IMG/VR virus record: IMGVR_UViG_3300031251_000002
Location: 32,001 to 96,000 of that record
DNA from: a virus
Length of the DNA: 64,000 bases
Strand: one strand, 5' to 3'
Position numbers and translations under genes: made by a program. The notes beneath the pieces were generated by a model. The model saw only the letters and a list, made by a program, of their open reading frames with translations. It had not been told where the DNA came from and did not search any database. Below, piece after piece: positions 21,654 through 30,675 of the stretch; the first letter of the stretch is position 1; the number at the start of each line of letters is the position of its first letter.

Positions 21654-22484
21654 ATGACCCTGATTGAGATGCTGGAGCATCGGGCTGCAAGCTTCTATCA
21701 GGGCGTCCTAGAGGGCAAGGCTCTGGCCACCCACGCGGCCCCGTCCAATACTGCCCGTCAGGCCCTAGCCCTAAAGGCCCGTAATTTCCTTCGTACGGAC
21801 CCTTATGGGCGCAAGGCCAGCCCGTCCTACCACGCAGACATGGAGGCGCAGTTCAAGGCCCTCCAGACGGCCTTCAGAGCCAAATTACGGGGTCTGTACC
21901 GGAACTGGGAGAAGACTGGGAACATTGACGCCTTCAAAGCCCAGTCCGAGAAGGTTTTCAAGGACCACTACACCAAGGTCTTCCAGCTAGGCATGACCTC
22001 TGGCGACCTGAGCCGTCACACCAATCCCGGTGCCCGCCGAGTCCGAGCGGCGCTGGTGACGCCCGCTGATCGGGCTTGGATCGCCTCCGCCGCCAAGGAG
22101 GAACTCGGCTTCTGGAAGAAGTTCCTGTCGGATCTGCGGTTCGGTCGGGTCGGCGGGGATCCATTCAAGCGGATTGACATGTACGTGAAGTCCGCTGAGG
22201 CTCCGTATCACGCGGGCAAGGTTGTAGCTCTGCCCCACCAGACAGGCATTCGCTGGCGCTACAGCCCAATCGTGGAGAAGCACTGCGCGGGTTGCCTGTA
22301 CTTGGCCAGCCAAGGGCCGTACACGAAAGAGTCCCTTCCCTGCACCCCACGGGACGGGTCAACCCTCTGCCGATTCAACTGCAAATGCGAACTTGATTAC
22401 TTCGACATCACAGCCGAGGAGTATGTTAAGCTCTCCCGAAAGAGTAAGACATGGCTACTGAGCAGAGTCAAAAGTCGCAGGTAA
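21654..22484 (+). CDS. MuF / SPP1 gp7-like minor head protein
   Basis: C-terminal HCAGC....GPY....LP..P.DG.T.C.FNCKC.L. Confidence 0.7.
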   Translation: MTLIEMLEHRAASFYQGVLEGKALATHAAPSNTARQALALKARNFLRTDPYGRKASPSYHADMEAQFKALQTAFRAKLRGLYRNWEKTGNIDAFKAQSEKVFKDHYTKVFQLGMTSGDLSRHTNPGARRVRAALVTPADRAWIASAAKEELGFWKKFLSDLRFGRVGGDPFKRIDMYVKSAEAPYHAGKVVALPHQTGIRWRYSPIVEKHCAGCLYLASQGPYTKESLPCTPRDGSTLCRFNCKCELDYFDITAEEYVKLSRKSKTWLLSRVKSRR

Positions 22485-22864
22485 AGCATTGTAAGAAGCA
22501 CGGTCGCGTCTGGCACTATGCCGTTCGCTACTGGGCACAAGTAATCCGCCACCCCGGCGTGATTAAAAATCCCCTCTCGACCAGCGAGAATCCGATTCTT
22601 CGCCGCCGCAAGGTGCGCTTTGTCTGTAAGGCATGCCAGCGGGTGATGCATGCCCGACGGAAGAGGAAGAAGGCCAAGGCAGATAAGGCTTGGGCGCTTG
22701 CTAACCCGGATAAGGTGAAAGCCGCGCAGAGGAAATACTACCTGCGTAACAAAGAGCGTCGTCATGCAGCTTCGCGTCGTTGGCGGCAGCGTAAGGCAGC
22801 GGCGGATCCGGCGTGGGCAGCAGCTTCACTGGAACGCTTGAAGAGTTGGAAGAAGAAGGCATGA
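22451..22864 (+). CDS. Highly basic protein resembling the DNA-binding part of homing endonucleases, with no nuclease domain
   Basis: CKKHG...CKAC, W..ANPDKVKAAQRKYY.RNKE. Confidence 0.5.
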   Translation: MATEQSQKSQVKHCKKHGRVWHYAVRYWAQVIRHPGVIKNPLSTSENPILRRRKVRFVCKACQRVMHARRKRKKAKADKAWALANPDKVKAAQRKYYLRNKERRHAASRRWRQRKAAADPAWAAASLERLKSWKKKA

Positions 22865-22932
22865 TCTTTTTGGTTTTACTGGCGATCATGGCTGTAGTTC
22901 TCTTCTTTACAGAAGCAGACGATGAACCTTGA
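22861..22932 (+). CDS. 23-aa hydrophobic peptide
   Basis: MIFLVLLAIMAVVLFFTEADDEP*, ATGA-coupled to upstream gene. Confidence 0.45.
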   Translation: MIFLVLLAIMAVVLFFTEADDEP

Positions 22933-22957
22933 CACAGTAAACACCGGTCTCTAAAAT
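22929..22957 (+). promoter_or_regulatory. Sigma70-type promoter
   Basis: TTGACA-17 nt-TAAAAT. Confidence 0.75.
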
Positions 22958-22976
22958 CGCATCAATCTCGGGTACG

Positions 22977-23028
22977 GGGCGGGAAGTGGGGCTTAGTCCT
23001 TTCGACCACTTCCCGCCCTTTTCTTTTT
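22977..23028 (+). terminator. Intrinsic terminator
   Basis: 13-bp stem GGGCGGGAAGTGG/CCACTTCCCGCCC then TTTTCTTTTT. Confidence 0.85.
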
Positions 23029-23070
23029 CTCCTAAAAACATAAGCTGTCGTCTCTGTTAACCCCTTAGAA

Positions 23071-23203
23071 GTTGATTCTTCTACAGGTGGCGTAACTGTT
23101 CAAAATTGACTGGACGCGCTTAGTAGGCTTGATCGTCACATGGTTCCCCATCTTTCTGGCCATGTGGTATCTCGTTAGTCTCCCACCTGACTGAGAAATC
23201 AAC
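23071..23203 (+). ncRNA. Candidate structured RNA in the leader of the polyprotein gene
   Basis: Nested pairings GTTGATT/AATCAAC, CAGGTGG/CCACCTG, GACTGGACG/CGTTAGTC, TCACATGGTT/GGCCATGTGG. Confidence 0.5.
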
Positions 23204-23244
23204 CTATTTGCCGGTTTTCAAGCCTTCGCTGGGATTGTTCAAAC

Positions 23245-26200
23245 ATGAGTAGAGAGAACCTTCGCGGTGTCATCAGCGGTCTGCCGAAGACCCTCATTGA
23301 CACGCCTGTTACCCCAGACGCCCAACCCCTGATGGAAGTCAAACCATCTGACTTCAAGCCTTGCGCTCGCTGCAACGGTACGGGTAAGGTAGACGGCAAG
23401 CAGTGTGTTCTCTGTCAGGCCAAGGGGACGATGCTCCACCGGCCTGTTCCCGAGTCGAAGTCCATTCTCTCTGAGGTCTGTCAGGCATGCGGTGGTCACG
23501 GCGCACAGGGGCTGAAGACCTGTGTAATCTGTCAGGGCGAGCCATTCATGGTTAACTTCACGAACGAAGCTGTGGATCCTCTCTGCTCATGTCGGCATCC
23601 ATTTAGTAAGCATACGAGCCGTCCCGGTGATATCGCTGGTCACGCGGGCGCATGTACTAGCAATCCAACCATCCCACCGAAGCCCGGATTTGGGTGTCGC
23701 TGTCAATACTTTTCCTTGAAGCCGAACGAGCCTGATCCTTGGACTATCGAGAAACAGTTCCATGAAGCAGTTCTTCCTCATAAATATGATGTTAGCTGCC
23801 AGTGCGGTTGGTCGTGTGTTGGAAAGCACAGCGTTCTTAGTGATGCGACCGAGTGTGCCTATCATCATGAGGGATCAGGATCAGGCCACAACTGTGAGAT
23901 TGAAGATAAGGGCACGGGTCTGACCTTCAACTCTATGGGCAGCATCACTGATTACTACGAGTCCGCCGAACCTCCCGATACGCAGCCTGAGTTGACCTGT
24001 AAGAAGTGCGATAAGCGCTTTTCTCCCGATGACGCGGAGTGGAAAGCAGCCCAGCGCGGCGACCCCTTCGTTTGTGCCGAGTGCAAGGCCAAGAAGAAGA
24101 CGAACGAAGCTGTGAATGAGATGGCTGATGCTATCAAGGCCAAGATCAAGGCGCAGCTTCAGGGCAAATACCCTGATGATGTTCTCAAGAAGGCTTTAGC
24201 TAGGACAGAGCGCTGGCAAAAGGCCGCATACGGCAGCAAGGACTGGTCAAGTCATCAGGATGAGTCAGGCTACGACAACCTCGTTGGGACTGTAGAACTG
24301 TACGCTGATGAGATTACCAAAGAGCAGGCTGGCAAGACGGGTCCAACTGCTAACCAGAGCCAGTTTGGTATCTGGTCGCCTAACGTTAGAAACCGCAAGG
24401 GTGAAGCTGAGGGTACGAGCTACAAGGGCTTCTGGCTTGACCAAGACAGTTCAAATCCGCACACAGGCTATCCCGGTGGGATGTGGTACGCGCTGACCAA
24501 GAGTGGCGTACCTGTTACAGACGGTGCTCCGTCCATCGAAGCTCTCAAGAAAGAGATCGACAAGATTGTGGCTCATGGCGCGGATGCGAACCGTTGCCCG
24601 TGTTGCGAGACTGTCGAGAAAGTCCTGTACGGCGTGAAGAACGGCGACGAGGACTGGCAGGAGCAGCTTCTTCTCAGTGGTCCCAACGCGACAGACGCGA
24701 ACATCGAGAAGGTCAAACAGCTAGCGGCCAAGGACGGCTTTGGGAAGTTTCGCGTTGCTTCGATTGACCTGAGCAAGCCGCCCGACTTTACCAAGGCTCT
24801 GCGGAAGAACGAGGCTGATGACCATTGTCGTGTCCGTGGGACCGACGGTGAGACACGGATCTGCGGCGAGAGGAAGCCCTGTCCCCTTCACGACGACGAA
24901 GGCCGGAAGGGCGAAGCCAACTCCTATCGCCACCCCAAGACCGGCCAGTTCGACGCCAAGGAAGGCGACTGCTGGGCGTGTGAGGGATCAGGGACGAAGG
25001 AAGACGGACAGGGCCGCTGCGCGATGTGCGATGGTGGCAAGAAGCTCCCCAACCAAGGTAACAACCTGAAGCGAAACGAGGGGCGGGACTACTCAGCAAA
25101 GGTTACTGGCCCGAGCGCAGTTGCTTTGAAGCGTCTTGCGACAGAAGCCGCGAAGCACCAACTCACATCCGAGCAGCAGGGTGCGGTGAACATGGTTCAG
25201 CGGGATACAGTTTCTATCCTCGCACGGCCCAAGCTCGCTCTAGAGATTAAGATGGTGTTGGATTTCGCTATCCTGCATCAGCCATTGAAGCAGGGCGAAT
25301 CTGACGACCGTTGTGGTTACTGCGGTCACACGCCGGTTGCTCACGATCCGAAGATGAGTCTCGGTTCTGGCCTCTGCACGGGTGGCCTTGGCTGCGACTG
25401 CCGTCAGTTCCAAAAGGGCAGTGCGTGGGTCGAAGCGACCGGTACGGCCATGGTCGCGGGCGCGGAGCCACAGGCTGATGTGGCCTTCAAGGGCGACGAT
25501 CTAAAGGGCGATAGCGATTACGGAGACCGCGACGAGGATTGGTCGATTACCAACACGACCGATCTTCCGCGAAACGAGGGCACAGTGGACGATCTACCAG
25601 TTAACATCAAGCGCATGTGGAAGAACGATGAGTTCCATTGTCCAATCTGTGACCTGAGCATTGGCAAGAACCTGCTGGGTGACATACCTCACGCCCTAGC
25701 GGCTCAGCACCTGTCACAAGCCCACCCCGGCGACAAGGCGTCCATCCTAGCGGGCAACTTTGAGCCAAAGATGGGATCTGCGGCCTCGTACATCAAAATG
25801 GAAGCTGAGGACAAGAAGATCGTTTTCAAGTGTCAGGAGTGCGGCAAGAAGCTCCCCGGTACGGCCCGCAAATGCTCCAAGTGCGGCTCTGAGGACATTG
25901 ATCTAGCTGAAGCCTACATGGACAACACCAAATGCGAGACTTGTGACCACGCCTCACGGTTGCACAACGAAGGCGAAGGCCGCTGCTTTGCCGAAGTGAA
26001 CGATGAGGGCGGTGGGACTGATTGCCGATGCAAGAAGTTCGTTCGCGGTAAGAACGAGGCTGGAGACTACTGCCCGAAGTGCGACCACGCGATGAAGGAT
26101 CATTCGGCCAATGGTTGCGAAGTCTGTGCGGATCACGGGGAGAAGTGCAACGTAGTTGATGAGGCCAACACTTGGTTGATGGCCCGCTCCTCGTCCCAGC

Positions 26201-27807
26201 CGAAGCTGGCCGAGCCGACCTTTACCCACGCGGACGCTATCGAGGCGTGGCAGAACTTCCGCATGCCCGCTGATATTGAGCGCCGCAAGCAGCTACAGAA
26301 GTTCTGGCTCCAGCAGCATCAGGACTTCTCCGTGGGCGGTAGTCAGTTCAACGACCCGGATGCTGAGGCACATCGTTACTACTACAAGCTGTTACTTCAG
26401 ACGTTGGGCGTCAAGGTAGCTGAAGAGGTTACACGTTGGACTGAAACTACGTCCGGCTCGGTGCATAGACCCGGCATTGACACCTATACTGGTTATAGCG
26501 AAATGAACGAAGCCATGCAGTGCTTCTGCGGCCACTCCAAGACGGCGCATGAGGATGGCGTAGGCAAGTGTAGCAGCAGCGGGAACACCTCTGCGGGTGC
26601 GTGTCTCTGCAAGAGCTACAGGAATCGTCCTGTCAAGGAAGCCTTCCCCAACGACGGCCCCGGTGAGGACATGGGCACAGACATGCCTGAGATGGGCGAC
26701 GACGAGTGGACACGCAACGTGATTACTGGCGACGGCACCGGCTCGACAGTCGGCGTCGAGGATAAGAATGAGGCCGAAGAGCTTCGATGGAAGGCTGGAG
26801 ATATCGTGATAATTCGTTCGCATAACAGCGAACCGGGTCACGGTCTTTCCTATTCGGCTGCTGCCATCGTTGCTTTCGAGGATGGCGTTGCTGGCGGATG
26901 GGATGTGTACGATGGAGCGAGCTTGGATGCGCCGACTTTGGAAACGAGCTTCTACGGCTTCAGCGTACTCCGTGTAAGGCGGGGGACGGCGGGGAAGAAT
27001 GAGGCCGAAGAGGTTACTTCTCCTCTCAACACCTATCTCGCTGTTCACAGCAAGAAGGGCAAGATCCAACTCAAGGCTGCGACGACCTATCAAGCTCAGC
27101 AGCTAGCTGCCAAGCAGATGGGTGTCCCTAAGCCGTTTGAGATTTCGATCCACCTGATTGGCAAAGCAGACGGTACACCCGTTCCCGTCCATGTCGAAAG
27201 CACTAATACTACGCCCTATGTTAAGCCGTTACAGGCTTTCTCCTATCGCGTAGGTCAGAAGTACGACTCCGCATACAACTCAAAGCTGGCACAGGCAGTC
27301 GGTCGGATCGTGGTTCCGGCCAGCCATATCTTTGAACCTGATAGCGTGGCGGATGCGAACGACTGCGATCTCTACACGACGATGATCGCCTTGCGGCTGA
27401 AGGAGCTTGGTTACTTACTGCTAAGCCCACAGGACAAGGCGGAGTGGGAGACTCTTTCAACGAAATTCATGCAGGACGTTCAGGCATACGCTGGACACTA
27501 CGATAAGCATGAGTCAATCGCGCCAGACGATGGGACGCGCATCTCGTCTGACTGGGGCGACATCTGGGGCGACCCGACCAAGAGCGGGATTACTCCTCGC
27601 CATGAGACGGCTGAGGCGGTCCTCGCGTCGATCTCCCTGCTCCAGTCTGCTTTTGTAGAGGGTGTTGAGACACTAACCATGTGCCACAACTGCGGTCATG
27701 CGGAGCATTTCCACCTCCTTGGAGCAGCCCTTGGCGCACAAGGGTTTGCTGATAATTCAACAGCTTGTTACGTAGATGGCTGCACTTGCGGGATGTTTAC
27801 AGCATGA
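23245..27807 (+). CDS. 1520-aa multidomain polyprotein of zinc-finger and other micro-domains (putative internal head protein)
   Basis: DnaJ-type CxxCxGxG, C2H2, zinc ribbons and repeated CxCxHxxxH...CxC modules separated by NEA/GEA/NEG/GES-type linkers. Confidence 0.85.
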   Translation: MSRENLRGVISGLPKTLIDTPVTPDAQPLMEVKPSDFKPCARCNGTGKVDGKQCVLCQAKGTMLHRPVPESKSILSEVCQACGGHGAQGLKTCVICQGEPFMVNFTNEAVDPLCSCRHPFSKHTSRPGDIAGHAGACTSNPTIPPKPGFGCRCQYFSLKPNEPDPWTIEKQFHEAVLPHKYDVSCQCGWSCVGKHSVLSDATECAYHHEGSGSGHNCEIEDKGTGLTFNSMGSITDYYESAEPPDTQPELTCKKCDKRFSPDDAEWKAAQRGDPFVCAECKAKKKTNEAVNEMADAIKAKIKAQLQGKYPDDVLKKALARTERWQKAAYGSKDWSSHQDESGYDNLVGTVELYADEITKEQAGKTGPTANQSQFGIWSPNVRNRKGEAEGTSYKGFWLDQDSSNPHTGYPGGMWYALTKSGVPVTDGAPSIEALKKEIDKIVAHGADANRCPCCETVEKVLYGVKNGDEDWQEQLLLSGPNATDANIEKVKQLAAKDGFGKFRVASIDLSKPPDFTKALRKNEADDHCRVRGTDGETRICGERKPCPLHDDEGRKGEANSYRHPKTGQFDAKEGDCWACEGSGTKEDGQGRCAMCDGGKKLPNQGNNLKRNEGRDYSAKVTGPSAVALKRLATEAAKHQLTSEQQGAVNMVQRDTVSILARPKLALEIKMVLDFAILHQPLKQGESDDRCGYCGHTPVAHDPKMSLGSGLCTGGLGCDCRQFQKGSAWVEATGTAMVAGAEPQADVAFKGDDLKGDSDYGDRDEDWSITNTTDLPRNEGTVDDLPVNIKRMWKNDEFHCPICDLSIGKNLLGDIPHALAAQHLSQAHPGDKASILAGNFEPKMGSAASYIKMEAEDKKIVFKCQECGKKLPGTARKCSKCGSEDIDLAEAYMDNTKCETCDHASRLHNEGEGRCFAEVNDEGGGTDCRCKKFVRGKNEAGDYCPKCDHAMKDHSANGCEVCADHGEKCNVVDEANTWLMARSSSQPKLAEPTFTHADAIEAWQNFRMPADIERRKQLQKFWLQQHQDFSVGGSQFNDPDAEAHRYYYKLLLQTLGVKVAEEVTRWTETTSGSVHRPGIDTYTGYSEMNEAMQCFCGHSKTAHEDGVGKCSSSGNTSAGACLCKSYRNRPVKEAFPNDGPGEDMGTDMPEMGDDEWTRNVITGDGTGSTVGVEDKNEAEELRWKAGDIVIIRSHNSEPGHGLSYSAAAIVAFEDGVAGGWDVYDGASLDAPTLETSFYGFSVLRVRRGTAGKNEAEEVTSPLNTYLAVHSKKGKIQLKAATTYQAQQLAAKQMGVPKPFEISIHLIGKADGTPVPVHVESTNTTPYVKPLQAFSYRVGQKYDSAYNSKLAQAVGRIVVPASHIFEPDSVADANDCDLYTTMIALRLKELGYLLLSPQDKAEWETLSTKFMQDVQAYAGHYDKHESIAPDDGTRISSDWGDIWGDPTKSGITPRHETAEAVLASISLLQSAFVEGVETLTMCHNCGHAEHFHLLGAALGAQGFADNSTACYVDGCTCGMFTA

Positions 27808-29930
27808 AGCTGGTGGAAGCATTTTTCGTAGGGACCAAGCCCGATGGATCCAAGGAAGTTTTCCAAGGCTCCCGGAACCCGACGACAGAAACGCATCCCC
27901 GGTTTAAGTCCATCGCTGGCCCGTTCAGCGAAGAAGAGGCTAAGAAAATGGCTGGCGACGAAAAGAAAGAAGCCCTCAAGCGAGAACTGATGGGAGAGCT
28001 TTCAGATGGTTACGTATCCTGTACCAAGTGTGGTGTGGTTCCCGAGAAAAGCTGTCCGCACAGTGCGCCCTTTAAGAGCGTGACAAAAAAGAACGAGTCC
28101 TCTGGCGTAGTGATCACCGCGCCCGGTGCTGGTGACACTCCTGAGACTCTCCTGAAGGCGATCCCGCGCACGATGGATGCTTCTGCGTTCATCAGCCACA
28201 TCGGTGATCTCGTCGTTGCTGGCAAGGGTGCTGCGCCGACTGACATGAAGTTGACTGGCGAGCCAATTACTCCGAGCGACGTTACCATGATGGCTCAGTG
28301 CAAGATTGGCGAAGCTGAGAATGTCTTTGACAAACATGCACTGAAGATTGCTAAAGACACCCTGAAGATTGCTAAAGACACCCTGAAGATGCATCCAGCG
28401 GTGGTAGGCGTCATGGGCGGCACCACGCACGAAGGTGCCCATCAGACTATCAAGCGCATCACTGGCAAAGACCAGTCCTGCACCCAAGACGGCTGTCCTT
28501 ACAAGCAGACCGGGAAGACCGAATCCCGCGAACTGCGCGAAGGCTCCAGCATCTGCAACTGTGGGGACTCTGAGAACGACCACTACAAGGATCCGCCGTC
28601 TTCTTGCAGCCGCTGTGCTTGCGACTCGTTTGAGTCCAACAGCCTCCCGGATAAGGCGAAGGCTCCTGCTGCAAAGGACAAACCAGTGGACAAGAAGGAA
28701 TCCCTCAAGCGCGAGCTTTTGGGTGAGGATAACTTTGTAACATGCGTTGGGTGCGGCAAAGAAACTCTGTCGCGTGACGCTGCTAATCTTAATGACCGTG
28801 GAAAGTGGGCGAGTCCGCCAGAGGGAAAGCCACATTGCCGGTCTTGCGATATGTATGGGCCACCTGACAATGGTGGTAAGTCGTCTCCCGGTGTCGCTGG
28901 TTATACGAGCCGGGAAGCCGGGTCGGGACCGGCTAAAAAGAATGAGTCGGATGCCTACGACCGCGATTTCACCTGCAAGATGTGCGGTAAGACTGACGAC
29001 GGCCCGGAGTTCGTAGTTGCTGGCAAGCACCCGGTTTGCAAGGCATGCAAAGAGAAGAAGGATCCAGACAAGCCGATTAAGCTGCGCGGGGAATCCACAA
29101 GTAACGATAAAAACTGCCAAGCGTGTGGTGCTTCCGGTGCGTCCCCAAGGGATAGAGGCAACGGTCGAGTTCTCAACCTCTGCTCAACCTGCACTTCTAA
29201 GAAGGCCGAAGGCGCGGTCTTTGCATCCAATGCTAGCCTACATAAGAAGTACCCCGGTCCTGCGGCTGACGCTCAGTCTGACAAAGCTCGAAAGTCCGTA
29301 CCGAACACAGTTTGCAATTTCTGCACTAACCCGGTGACGCCACCGGCAACCGTTTGTGACACTTGCTATGACAAGTTCAACAAGAAGAAGGAATCTAAGG
29401 AGAAACCTATGAAGACCAAGCCAGTTGGCGAGCAGTTTCATGCTCTGGCCAACGCTGCCATCAAGATGATGGTTAGCATTCAGGAGTCCCCGCGAGCGGG
29501 GCGGGTGACCCCGCTACTGGCGCGGTTGGACAAGGTAGCGAACAAGGCAGCGGATGCTGTCGCCGCGAAGATGATGGGGGAGAACCAAGGTTACGAGTTC
29601 CCCGCGCTCTTCAAGGAGTTGAAGGAGATCCACGCCAAGCTCAGGACCGCAATGGGCGAAGGCTGGCACATGTATCCGGCTCTCGGGCTGGGCAATGACT
29701 TCAACATGGGTGGCGATGGTCGCGAGATGTCGCCAGAGCTTTCTGGTGTTGATCCGGTCGAGGGCATGGTTGCTGCGGCAGTCCCGCTCGACGCTGGTGC
29801 CAACAAGATGGAGAACGTTAACAAGTACGTTGACAGTCTCCTGAAGGAAGACGATGACGAGAAGTGCGATACCTGTGGTGGTGTTGACAAGCACGACAGG
29901 AACAAGCACGACGCGGATTTCAAAGGCTAA
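27804..29930 (+). CDS. Second Cys-rich multidomain polyprotein (putative internal head protein)
   Basis: ATGA-coupled start MKLVEA; linkers KKEALKRELMGE, KKNES (x2), KKESLKRELLGE, LRGES, KKES; many CxxC pairs. Confidence 0.85.
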   Translation: MKLVEAFFVGTKPDGSKEVFQGSRNPTTETHPRFKSIAGPFSEEEAKKMAGDEKKEALKRELMGELSDGYVSCTKCGVVPEKSCPHSAPFKSVTKKNESSGVVITAPGAGDTPETLLKAIPRTMDASAFISHIGDLVVAGKGAAPTDMKLTGEPITPSDVTMMAQCKIGEAENVFDKHALKIAKDTLKIAKDTLKMHPAVVGVMGGTTHEGAHQTIKRITGKDQSCTQDGCPYKQTGKTESRELREGSSICNCGDSENDHYKDPPSSCSRCACDSFESNSLPDKAKAPAAKDKPVDKKESLKRELLGEDNFVTCVGCGKETLSRDAANLNDRGKWASPPEGKPHCRSCDMYGPPDNGGKSSPGVAGYTSREAGSGPAKKNESDAYDRDFTCKMCGKTDDGPEFVVAGKHPVCKACKEKKDPDKPIKLRGESTSNDKNCQACGASGASPRDRGNGRVLNLCSTCTSKKAEGAVFASNASLHKKYPGPAADAQSDKARKSVPNTVCNFCTNPVTPPATVCDTCYDKFNKKKESKEKPMKTKPVGEQFHALANAAIKMMVSIQESPRAGRVTPLLARLDKVANKAADAVAAKMMGENQGYEFPALFKELKEIHAKLRTAMGEGWHMYPALGLGNDFNMGGDGREMSPELSGVDPVEGMVAAAVPLDAGANKMENVNKYVDSLLKEDDDEKCDTCGGVDKHDRNKHDADFKG
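28341..28390 (+). repeat. Perfect 21-bp tandem duplication (LKIAKDT x2)
   Basis: CTGAAGATTGCTAAAGACACC twice plus partial third copy. Confidence 0.95.
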
Positions 29931-29950
29931 GTTTTACAAGGAGGAGAATC

Positions 29951-30382
29951 ATGATTGCTGTTAGAAAGATGCTCATCGCTACTGCGCTAGCTCTCGCTAG
30001 TGTCGTGGCATGCAAGAAGGCGGCAGCACCAGCCCCGGCTGTTGTTCCCGCCCCGGTCGTATCGGTAGCCCCGAGCGTACCGACTGTCCCGGTCCCACCG
30101 GCTACCCAGCCACCTGTCAAGCAGGTTTGCAAGCCGGGTGAGTCCATCGGTGTCGGCGCGGGCGCGGGCAAGTTCGTGTGCAAGGTTTGCAATTCCGATG
30201 GTACGGCGTGGGGCGCTCCCGGTCCATGCCCGGTAGGCTCACCGGCCCCGGCTCCGAAGCCAACCATCAAGCCTGTCTGCAAAGAAGGCGACAAGACGGG
30301 CGGCGTAGGCGGTCCGAACGGTCAGATCATGTGCAACGTGTGCAAGGGCGGGCAGTGGGTACAGGATCTCGGTTGTAAGTAA
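29951..30382 (+). CDS. Putative lipoprotein with two small Cys-rich repeats
   Basis: Lipobox-like LASVVAC; Pro-rich linker; VCK.G...C.VC...G..W....C twice. Confidence 0.7.
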   Translation: MIAVRKMLIATALALASVVACKKAAAPAPAVVPAPVVSVAPSVPTVPVPPATQPPVKQVCKPGESIGVGAGAGKFVCKVCNSDGTAWGAPGPCPVGSPAPAPKPTIKPVCKEGDKTGGVGGPNGQIMCNVCKGGQWVQDLGCK

Positions 30383-30466
30383 CTCCGTAAGCGTCCCGCC
30401 TGCTGTGGGTAACCTAACTAAGAAAGGGGGACTTGCAGAGACGGTAAAGCAGTTAACGGAGGAAAC

Positions 30467-30664
30467 ATGTTCGACAAGCATCGTAAGCACAAGGACGAGG
30501 ACTGTGAGTGTGAGGCACCCTGCAATGAAGAGATTCTCTCTATTGACCTCTTGTTCGACATCTTGGACACGCTGGTAGAGATTAAGGATTTGTTGAAGGG
30601 GATGCAGCCACCGCCACAGGAAGCAAAACTGGTGATCCCAATTGGGACACCAACAGAACAATAA
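30467..30664 (+). CDS. Small hypothetical protein
   Basis: GGAGG RBS; ends IPIGTPTEQ. Confidence 0.6.
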   Translation: MFDKHRKHKDEDCECEAPCNEEILSIDLLFDILDTLVEIKDLLKGMQPPPQEAKLVIPIGTPTEQ

Positions 30665-30675
30665 GGAGTTCTACA

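Noticed and set aside
23186-23200. CTGACTGAGAAA as a hammerhead ribozyme core
   Set aside because: Does not fit CUGANGA and lacks stem II.
23245-23545. DnaJ chaperone
   Set aside because: Only CxxCxGxG fingers; no J domain or HPD motif.
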